From IMG/VR virus record IMGVR_UViG_3300025858_000002: a stretch of 49,385 nucleotides of DNA; one strand, given 5' to 3'. A model generated the notes under the pieces. It ran no database searches and had not been told where the DNA came from. It saw only the letters and a list, made by a program, of their open reading frames with translations. The first letter of the stretch is position 1. Each line of letters begins with the position of its first letter. The stretch is from a virus. Shown here piece by piece: positions 15,019-21,965 of the stretch. The position numbers and the translations under genes were made by a program.

Positions 15019-15145
15019 TGGTGGGGCGGAAGCCGCGATTCTTAGATAGCGATTGCACTTCTGCTATGACTAGAACGTTTGTTTTATTATGCAAAACTAG
15101 CGAGTCGCCTTATTCCTGTCAATATCCTTGCGGGATATAAGCCCC
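15019..15145 (-). ncRNA. tRNA-like RNA (element D) with internal copy of the downstream SD
   Basis: Terminal helix GGGGC/GCCCC joins 15145-15141 and 15027-15023, then A-CCA. Hairpin AUAUCC-CGCAA-GGAUAU. The 8-mer atatcctt occurs at both 15122-15129 (internal) and 15007-15014 (SD of the next ORF). Confidence 0.4.
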
Positions 15146-15387
15146 AAAACTACTAAGCAGAGAGATAATCAAAAAGACTATCTCTCTACGGTTCACACGG
15201 TCAACCCGTGACTAACTTATGGTTGTTAGGCTTCCATATAGCCGGTTATATTGCATCATAGATCGCAACAGGTATAAATAGGTTGTCCGTTTTGGAATCT
15301 TTCAATCTCTATCGTATATCGTTCTGTAATCTTGATTACTATGAATTAACTAACCCATACTCCCGACCATTAAATCGGGAGCCTGCA
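15146..15387 (-). ncRNA. Structured non-coding spacer
   Basis: No ORF longer than 15 codons. Hairpins CUCCCGA-UUUAAUGG-UCGGGAG (15381-15360), AGAGAGAUA/UAUCUCUCU (15187-15159), CACGG-GUUGA-CCGUG and GUAAUC-AA-GAUUAC. Confidence 0.3.
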
Positions 15388-15843
15388 TTAGTCTTCCAAT
15401 GCTGATTCTGGATCTTCTTCCAACGCTTTAATCTGAGCTACCAAAGCAGAGATACCTGCTTTTTGTGAACCCTTAGCAATTTTCAGAACTTCACCAACAT
15501 CTTTTGCACCTTTGACTTCGTCCATACGTTCGTGCAAGGCAGACATCAAACGTTTGGTTTTTGCAGCAACGGCTTTGAAGATATTATAGTTTTTAATATC
15601 AACTTTACCGATGGTCAATGGGATATCAGAAATCTGAGTACCACCATTTTCTGCTTTAATATACTCATATTCTGCATAAACTTCTTTCACTTTGAAATAA
15701 GCCAGCTTGCTATGAGCCCAGACAGAAAAGATATCGCCCTTAGCAACTTCTTTTTCACTTGTTGCATAAAAACGAAATTCTTTTGAATCCGGTTCGTCTT
15801 TGGTATGAGATACCAAGACACCTTTTAAGATTAAGACTTTCAT
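15388..15843 (-). CDS. Hypothetical protein (first gene downstream of the ribozyme)
   Basis: ORF track. SD AAGGAG upstream. Visibly higher GC than its neighbours. Confidence 0.55.
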   Translation of the reverse strand: MKVLILKGVLVSHTKDEPDSKEFRFYATSEKEVAKGDIFSVWAHSKLAYFKVKEVYAEYEYIKAENGGTQISDIPLTIGKVDIKNYNIFKAVAAKTKRLMSALHERMDEVKGAKDVGEVLKIAKGSQKAGISALVAQIKALEEDPESALED

Positions 15844-15866
15844 TCATTTCTCCTTTTTTATGATTA

Positions 15867-15934
15867 GACTAGTCTCATCAGTAGCATAGGAGTCACCTAT
15901 ACTAGACCGGCATTATACCGGTTTCGACAAATGA
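15867..15934 (-). ncRNA. Type II hammerhead self-cleaving ribozyme
   Basis: Minus strand reads UUUGUC-GAAA-CCGG(UAUAAUG)CCGG-UC^UAGUAUAGG(UGACU)CCUAUGCUA-CUGAUGA-GAC-UAGUC. All core nucleotides are present (CUGAUGA, G10.1-C11.1, GAAA, A15.1-U16.1, C17). Stem I is 9 bp and stem III 5 bp, and stem II is open. Confidence 0.85.
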
Positions 15935-17137
15935 TTACAATGGCAATTCGTTTTCATTTGCTGGGTCTTCCATATCTAAATCTTTCATAAATTCATCTAT
16001 GAAATCATCTACATATGAATCAAATGTATAATACATAACTGACCTTTCTTGAGCATCTTTACCAGGTTTAATGTTCTGTACCAAGAAATCTACTAAGGAT
16101 TCTGTTGATACTTCTTTACCAGCCTTAATAAGTCTTTGAACAGCATTACATACTGCATAATGAGCGTGAATTTGTTCTTCAACTTCTGTTCTAGCATCTT
16201 TTGTCTTATACCCCTTAGACAGATACTTATTCAATAAGATATTTCTTTTGAATTGAAATTCTTTTAATACGCTATGTATCTCATCTTTTTTGTCGTATGT
16301 TTTATTTGGCAATTTTTCATCAGGCATTATAGATGGGTCTAGAAAATACAAACCTTTCTTTGATAAACAAAGTTTTGTTCCATATTCATAAACAGGTATC
16401 TTTACACGAGATGTTGCATATATCCAAACTCCCTGTTGTTTATCATACAACCCAAATTCTTTATGAAATTTCTTTGTAGAAAAGTTAATTTGCGGCTTGA
16501 ATTCAGAGTCAGGCTTTGGCAAGAAGTTATACCCTTTATGACCATAACCATCATCAAGATCATCATATTTGTTATAGTTATAGTTCTTAGGATAAGAATA
16601 AATTTTAGGTTTAAAAGCTCCAGAATTGGAAAACCAAGCACCATCTTTTTCTTCTCCTAATCTCTTATTGAGAATAAGAATTTCGCCAGTTACATTATCC
16701 ATAATAGCAAACTTAGACGTTCCAAGATATGCTTCTAATAATGCCTGATATTTCTTAACCCAAGTAATATCTTTATCGTGCAAATATGTATCACCAAATG
16801 TTTCAGAATCAGTTTTTCCTTCTGTTGGTGTGATAGCCAATGTCCCGTTATGGGCTAAACTAATTCTATTATAGATAAATGGGTGTGTGTTTTCTGGCTT
16901 AACTTCACCCTTTGATGCAATTCTAAAATGAGCAACAAATGAAGTATTTTTTTCGTTAACTAATTCTAACATACCGAGAAAATCTTCTTTAACCATCATA
17001 CCTTTTTTAAACTTTGTAGGTTTGCCATCTTCTTTAAAGATAACACCACCGCCTTGAGGGTTTGCTTCCCAAGCTCTTTTAAAATATTCTTTATCCAACG
17101 GATCAACTCCAGCTGGCTTCGCAATAATAATGCACAT
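15935..17137 (-). CDS. Class-II (Ntn, Cys2) glutamine-amidotransferase-like protein with about 200-aa C-terminal extension
   Basis: MCIIIAKPAG (nucleophile Cys directly after Met), HFRIASKG, NTHPF and LAHNGTL. Confidence 0.7.
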   Translation of the reverse strand: MCIIIAKPAGVDPLDKEYFKRAWEANPQGGGVIFKEDGKPTKFKKGMMVKEDFLGMLELVNEKNTSFVAHFRIASKGEVKPENTHPFIYNRISLAHNGTLAITPTEGKTDSETFGDTYLHDKDITWVKKYQALLEAYLGTSKFAIMDNVTGEILILNKRLGEEKDGAWFSNSGAFKPKIYSYPKNYNYNKYDDLDDGYGHKGYNFLPKPDSEFKPQINFSTKKFHKEFGLYDKQQGVWIYATSRVKIPVYEYGTKLCLSKKGLYFLDPSIMPDEKLPNKTYDKKDEIHSVLKEFQFKRNILLNKYLSKGYKTKDARTEVEEQIHAHYAVCNAVQRLIKAGKEVSTESLVDFLVQNIKPGKDAQERSVMYYTFDSYVDDFIDEFMKDLDMEDPANENELPL

Positions 17138-17374
17138 AGTTTCTTCCTTTATAAATTATGAAGAAGATAGCCACCAAAACTATAAGCGACACTCGGGTCA
17201 AATTATAGTGTTATGGTAAACCCTCACAAGTAGTGACTTTCGCATACTATATCCAAACAAGTTTGGCATCAATGGTACTCACCCTATGTTGATCAACGGG
17301 TAACTTTTACATAGACAACTATCTTCTTCTTTTGTTAAGCAGACAAATAATATTACCTCTGTTAAAAGTAAAGA
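17138..17374 (-). promoter_or_regulatory. Structured 237-nt leader between amidoligase and amidotransferase-like genes (element F)
   Basis: An 11-bp long-range helix GAAGAAGAUAG/CUAUCUUCUUC (17329-17319 with 17170-17160) closes about 150 nt and ends about 20 nt before the start codon. Inner helices are ACUAUAA/UUAUAGU and CCAAAC-UU-GUUUGG. A GAAA tetraloop motif is present. Confidence 0.4.
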
Positions 17375-18727
17375 TTATCCATCTAACTTATTCACTAGGA
17401 CCAAGGCTTCTTGGTCAGTAATGAATCTTGTCTTCTTTTGTTGTTCAATACAATCTTTTATATGCTTCTTTGTAGCTTTTGAGAAAGACTTATACCAATC
17501 TTTTTCTGGTATATTCTCAGCTACAAGATTAAACATTTCCTTAGCAAACTTAATACGTTTAATAATCAAATCGTGGTCTAATGATGATGAAAAGATTCTA
17601 AACTCACAAGTATCTGTTCTACGTCCGGGTGCAACTGCCCAATGATGCGAATCTGTTCCAGAATCAAATGAACAATATCTCATAAACTTTTCTATATTAG
17701 TTCTTAAAGATATTGCCTTCAATAATATTTGCATCTCAGCAGAGCTACGAGCGTGCTTCATAATAACTCTAGCAATATTTCTAGAGTCCTTACCAGGCAT
17801 CGATACGTGAATATGAATTCCTGCTGTTGGTCCAGCTTTACCACCATTTTCTGATATAGCTTTACAAACTTCTTTTAACGGAGATATATACTTCCACCAA
17901 GAATAAGACCCACAGTTCCAAGATAACTCATTTTGTCCATCAACTGATGAATCATATCCATAGAAAGCTAATCCTTTATGAGCATCTTCTAATTCTTTCC
18001 AGCCATAGAAATTGCCTTCAAACTCCATTTCCAGCCCCATAATAGCAGTATTTTGCTTATCCATTGGAGTCTTAAAGAATTTCAAGTCGCCCCTGAATCC
18101 ATAATGTCTATTACCCATTTCTTTTGTTGTCAATTCATAATTGCGATGACAAGTATTACATACGAGTCTATCACAGTTAGGAACACGGGTTAAAGTGTTT
18201 TTAATCTCGCTAATTCTTTGGATTGATTCTGTTGTCTTGTGACAAAAATCACAGGTCTGAGCAACTTTAACAAAGTGTTTATTAGGCAATTTACTCAATT
18301 TAACCTTATAACGTCTTTCAAGTTCTGGTAACCCAAGCTTCAAATATTCTTCATCTTTCTTATCAATACGCTTTTTTTCAGCTTCTTGCTGTTCCTTAGT
18401 CTTTTTATTACTATTCCAAATTACAGTGGATTGTCTTCGTTGATATGCATCTAATGCTTCTCGATAACTTGGAGTAGGTATTCTAACCTCATCCCAGCTT
18501 TCTGATACACTTATCTCAGCACTTCTTGGCAGATGAATAACTTCAAATCTTACAAAATATTCCCTACCATTTCCAACACCAGTACTTTCAATCCCTCTAA
18601 AAAGCATAGTGGCACTTTCTGTTGCGATACCATTATCTCTAAAATAGAATCGTTTAAATTCTTCCATTTCACTATCGTTTGGAATAGTATCAAAATATAC
18701 TCTGCCTTCTGTATGTCTTAAATACAT
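17375..18727 (-). CDS. Amidoligase_2-family protein with N-terminal extension and Cys-rich insert
   Basis: GLEMEFEG, AGIHIHVS and CEFRIFSS (E.E / H.H / EFR triad). CDFCHK...CDRLVCNTCH. Confidence 0.7.
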   Translation of the reverse strand: MYLRHTEGRVYFDTIPNDSEMEEFKRFYFRDNGIATESATMLFRGIESTGVGNGREYFVRFEVIHLPRSAEISVSESWDEVRIPTPSYREALDAYQRRQSTVIWNSNKKTKEQQEAEKKRIDKKDEEYLKLGLPELERRYKVKLSKLPNKHFVKVAQTCDFCHKTTESIQRISEIKNTLTRVPNCDRLVCNTCHRNYELTTKEMGNRHYGFRGDLKFFKTPMDKQNTAIMGLEMEFEGNFYGWKELEDAHKGLAFYGYDSSVDGQNELSWNCGSYSWWKYISPLKEVCKAISENGGKAGPTAGIHIHVSMPGKDSRNIARVIMKHARSSAEMQILLKAISLRTNIEKFMRYCSFDSGTDSHHWAVAPGRRTDTCEFRIFSSSLDHDLIIKRIKFAKEMFNLVAENIPEKDWYKSFSKATKKHIKDCIEQQKKTRFITDQEALVLVNKLDG

Positions 18728-18738
18728 AATTTACTCCT

Positions 18739-19677
18739 TTAATTCCAGCTACAAGCTGTCAGTAAATTGTTTATTTTATCCTTAGAATACCCATAAAGAT
18801 GTTTATTGTCTTCGTGATTATTCAATAAATAAACAATATCTTTTATCTTTTTTGGCATATCAACAAACATTGTATTGATATTTCCTTTTTCTATAATATA
18901 ATCAGTAAACCACTTCATTAAGATCATCCGTTTATATATAATCTCTGGGTGGTTAGTTGATTCAAACATCCTAAATTCAAACGTACCAAATGTTGATAAT
19001 TGATTCCTATATGAACCACCTCCAAATCCATAATTAGTCCTATTTCTAGCTGATATACCTGCAAAAAATTCATATATAGGGTTATTATCTGTACAAACTC
19101 TACTCCAAAAATTTATTACCTTTACAATAGCTGGGTGAGATATATGAATATGTTGTCCAGCAGTTTTACCAGCTTTACATCCTTTTTCCTTTGCATAATC
19201 TAATACTGCTTTAATATCTTTAAGCCGCCATTTATTCATAGGATAATGATTAGTCACAATTTCACAGCCACCATCTGCTACACTTCCATCACAATGAGAA
19301 GAATGAACAATCTTATTGTCAGGTTTGCAAACTGGTCCTTCGAGTTCTATCTCAGTTCCAAGATGACAAATCCTTTTTACTGTCTTTTTAGGTTGATTAT
19401 TATCAAACTTCTTTGTAAATAATAACATTTGATTGTATGTATCTGAACACGCAACACCCCAACAATTATTGTGATAAGGAGTCCTGTATTGACTTCCACT
19501 TCCTTGTCTTATTTGAATACCATCTGCTGTATGCCAAATAAATACCCAATAAGGACGACCTTCATTTCTCAATTTTATAGCTTTTATTTTTCTACCTTTC
19601 ATAACAATATCTTCGTTTTCTGGTATCAAAGATAAAAAATCAGCCCACGTAGCTGGTAACTTTTTAATTATAAACAT
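18739..19677 (-). CDS. Amidoligase_2-family protein (paralogue)
   Basis: GTEIELEG, AGQHIHISH and FEFRMFEST. Confidence 0.7.
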   Translation of the reverse strand: MFIIKKLPATWADFLSLIPENEDIVMKGRKIKAIKLRNEGRPYWVFIWHTADGIQIRQGSGSQYRTPYHNNCWGVACSDTYNQMLLFTKKFDNNQPKKTVKRICHLGTEIELEGPVCKPDNKIVHSSHCDGSVADGGCEIVTNHYPMNKWRLKDIKAVLDYAKEKGCKAGKTAGQHIHISHPAIVKVINFWSRVCTDNNPIYEFFAGISARNRTNYGFGGGSYRNQLSTFGTFEFRMFESTNHPEIIYKRMILMKWFTDYIIEKGNINTMFVDMPKKIKDIVYLLNNHEDNKHLYGYSKDKINNLLTACSWN

Positions 19678-19701
19678 TTTTCCTTCCTTTATTTGTTAAA
19701 G

Positions 19702-19968
19702 TTATTTTATCATTAACATACTCTTATATGCATCTAACCATTTATCAGACTCAATATCACCAGTAAATTTTACATTATACACAGCATATTTAGAATCATC
19801 TTCTGCTTCTTCATCATATACCGGTGGATCTAATTCATTTAATTTGTTAACAAAATCGTGAGCTTTGTTAACATCAATAAAGAATCCAAATTGTTCTTGC
19901 AATTTACTTTGCCAAAATCCAGATTCCTCATCACGTCCGGTCCAATATACCATAAATATTTGATTCAT
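19702..19968 (-). CDS. Hypothetical acidic protein
   Basis: ORF track. Confidence 0.5.
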   Translation of the reverse strand: MNQIFMVYWTGRDEESGFWQSKLQEQFGFFIDVNKAHDFVNKLNELDPPVYDEEAEDDSKYAVYNVKFTGDIESDKWLDAYKSMLMIK

Positions 19969-20014
19969 ATTTGTCCCATTTGTTAATTAAAACTGTTCAT
20001 AAATGTATTTAAAT

Positions 20015-20031
20015 ACCCCTGTCGTGGGGGT
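20015..20031 (-). terminator. Candidate hairpin terminator
   Basis: ACCCC-CACGACA-GGGGU followed by AUUUAAAUACAUUU. The U tract is weak. Confidence 0.3.
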
Positions 20032-20103
20032 AAATAGTTTTTATGTTAAGTTGTAGCCTAAAATATTGTTTTTGCGTGTTGATTGATATTTTTACGTAGT
20101 TTC

Positions 20104-20346
20104 TTAAACATATTCTTCTGCCTTTTTAAAATTAAGACACACAAATCCATAAAACATAAACATAGTAAAATCCATACTATAATCACGGTAGTCAGAATTA
20201 TTAGCATATTCATTAAGATTAAATACTATTATAACTATCAAATCAATCAATCCAATTACCATACAAATAGGTAGCATCACTGGGAAAATAACTAATCTGA
20301 GTATCCAAAATAAAAGTATCAATATAAATCTTATTATTTTTCTCAT
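20104..20346 (-). CDS. Small membrane protein
   Basis: Two to three hydrophobic helices in the ORF-track translation. Confidence 0.5.
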   Translation of the reverse strand: MRKIIRFILILLFWILRLVIFPVMLPICMVIGLIDLIVIIVFNLNEYANNSDYRDYSMDFTMFMFYGFVCLNFKKAEEYV

Positions 20347-20348
20347 TT

Positions 20349-20690
20349 TTAATCTCCTTGATAGGTAGTGACTTGAACTTCAAAGTCAGAACAACGTGAA
20401 ATTATTTTGAATCTATTATTCCAGTCATACCCACGTGGAAATACCCGTATTACGTGATTCATATAAGCATCAACATTAACATCAGGTAGTTTTAAAACAT
20501 CGTGACAACAACCTAATCTATAATAATTGTCATCAATAAACACAAATGATTCCCAACAACAAAATCCTGAATCGTGTCTTCTTTTTGTTAATCTAAAAAA
20601 TATCTCTCTTGTATAAATAAATCTATCATAGATTATGATTGGTATCTCTTTAAGCTCTGATACAGTCATAGTTCCGATATGTTTTGGCAT
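20349..20690 (-). CDS. Hypothetical protein
   Basis: ORF track. SD GAGGAA upstream. Confidence 0.5.
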   Translation of the reverse strand: MPKHIGTMTVSELKEIPIIIYDRFIYTREIFFRLTKRRHDSGFCCWESFVFIDDNYYRLGCCHDVLKLPDVNVDAYMNHVIRVFPRGYDWNNRFKIISRCSDFEVQVTTYQGD

Positions 20691-20843
20691 TTTTTCCTCA
20701 CGCGTGTGATATATATAATATTATAATATATAAATATATTATTTAATTATATAATACTGGTAGATTATATATATACTCCTAGTCTAGATACTTATCTTGC
20801 TGAGAAGATATATATACTAGATCTCTAGACTAGGAGAGGGGGT
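20691..20843 (-). promoter_or_regulatory. AT-rich control region with 13-bp inverted repeat, 11-bp direct repeat and CACGCGTG palindrome
   Basis: Inverted repeat ctcctagtctaga (20776-20788) and tctagactaggag (20824-20836). Direct repeat atatatatact at 20767 and 20808. Several TATAAT-like hexamers. CACGCGTG at 20699-20706, next to the SD. Confidence 0.45.
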
Positions 20844-21317
20844 TTACCACGATGCTTCATATTCGTATGATTTTCCATCGCTACATTTGTTTATTATATC
20901 AATCGTATCTCTTACATCATTGAAGTAATCTTCGTCGTACTCCGTTGAACCAAAAAAGAATCCTTCCGTAGTAGGTAGCAATTCCGATGCTTTATTTCTA
21001 TCTGCTAAAACATCTTCGCAAATCTTTTTTAATTCTGATAATTTCTCATAATTAACATACATCTTTTGACAGTTATCTATTCCATCGCCACAATTATCAA
21101 CAAACCATTTATGAATAGCATTAGCCTTCCGCCAATAACCAACAGGTATATTTAACTCAAGTCCACTTGCAGGTTCAACACACACCTGTTCCGTAGTTTT
21201 TAATACTTCTCCATTTTTATCATAGGACTTAACTATAACTTCAAACTTGAAAACTTTTTCACGTCCCAAATACGTAGAAATATAGTTGTTTTCCTTTAAA
21301 TACATATCCAATCCCAT
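20844..21317 (-). CDS. Hypothetical protein (MGLDMYLKENNY...GYWRKANAIHKWFV...)
   Basis: Start moved to the ATG preceded by AAGGAGG. The ORF-track start at 21359 lacks an SD. Confidence 0.55.
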   Translation of the reverse strand: MGLDMYLKENNYISTYLGREKVFKFEVIVKSYDKNGEVLKTTEQVCVEPASGLELNIPVGYWRKANAIHKWFVDNCGDGIDNCQKMYVNYEKLSELKKICEDVLADRNKASELLPTTEGFFFGSTEYDEDYFNDVRDTIDIINKCSDGKSYEYEASW

Positions 21318-21437
21318 AATTAACCTCCTTGTTATAGTTAAAATAGTGTTTATTTGCATTTATTTACACGGACACGCGTGTTTAATACATTTATGGCATA
21401 AGTACTAGTCCAGAATATAAAAACGCTTGTACAGGCT

Positions 21438-21560
21438 TTATTTTAATTTTCGACTAGATTTTATGTAGCGGGTTTTTGCAATACACTTCTTCGAGCAATA
21501 AATTTGTTTAGGATTTTTTGCTTCAAAGTCTTGTCTACAAATAGTACATTGCTTTATCAT
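21438..21560 (-). CDS. Small zinc-ribbon protein (40 aa)
   Basis: Own translation MIKQCTICRQDFEAKNPKQIYCSKKCIAKTRYIKSSRKLK. ATGA overlap with the upstream gene. Confidence 0.45.
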   Translation of the reverse strand: MIKQCTICRQDFEAKNPKQIYCSKKCIAKTRYIKSSRKLK

Positions 21561-21763
21561 CTGACTCGTCTTGAATAGACTTCTAGTGCGGTCGTACTTA
21601 GTGGATTCGGTGGGTACTGTTCAACGACCATTTTTAAACCTTGTTTAATTTGTGCCGCTTTATAGCCTTGTTTTGCTAATTGTAGTACTTTATCCATTTT
21701 TCCAAATAGACCATTGACCCCACTATGATTTTTAATTTTATCGATTGCGGTAATAAAGCTCAT
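21557..21763 (-). CDS. Hypothetical protein
   Basis: ORF track. The motif LAKQGYKAAQ is shared with the 21966..22277 product. Confidence 0.5.
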   Translation of the reverse strand: MSFITAIDKIKNHSGVNGLFGKMDKVLQLAKQGYKAAQIKQGLKMVVEQYPPNPLSTTALEVYSRRVR

Positions 21764-21779
21764 ATAATCCCCCCTTGGT

Positions 21780-21962
21780 TTATAGTTTATTTATTTTTGC
21801 TTGCTCTTTTCTTCGTAGTAATTCGACTTGTAATACTGAAATATTCGGCAGCTTTGCCATCTTAGAAAGCCATCTATTCAAGCGGTCTTGACGCTTTTGT
21901 TTAGTAGTCTTTTTAATAGGTCTAACAGATTGCTCTTTAATATAAGTCTCGTAGTATTCCAT
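21780..21962 (-). CDS. Hypothetical basic protein
   Basis: ORF track. Confidence 0.45.
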   Translation of the reverse strand: MEYYETYIKEQSVRPIKKTTKQKRQDRLNRWLSKMAKLPNISVLQVELLRRKEQAKINKL

Positions 21963-21965
21963 TGT

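Noticed and set aside
10221-15145. tmRNA hypothesis for elements B2 and D. Their 5' ends, GGGGACGAAUUUAGAUUGAC and GGGGCUUAU...GGAUAUUGACAGG, resemble the tmRNA 5' end GGGG...GGAUUCGAC. D also contains ...UUUGCAUAAUAA, which could be a tag end with a double stop.
   Set aside because: At 68 and 127 nt the elements are far too short. There is no G3-U70 pair, no canonical T arm next to the acceptor strand, and no pseudoknot series or resume-codon context that I can identify. I treat the resemblance as general tRNA-likeness unless ARAGORN or a tmRNA model says otherwise.
4999-15145. attP interpretation, in which the tRNA 3'-end fragments mark integration sites.
   Set aside because: No integrase, excisionase or repressor gene is present. 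Each element has its own complementary 5' strand, which an attP fragment would not need.
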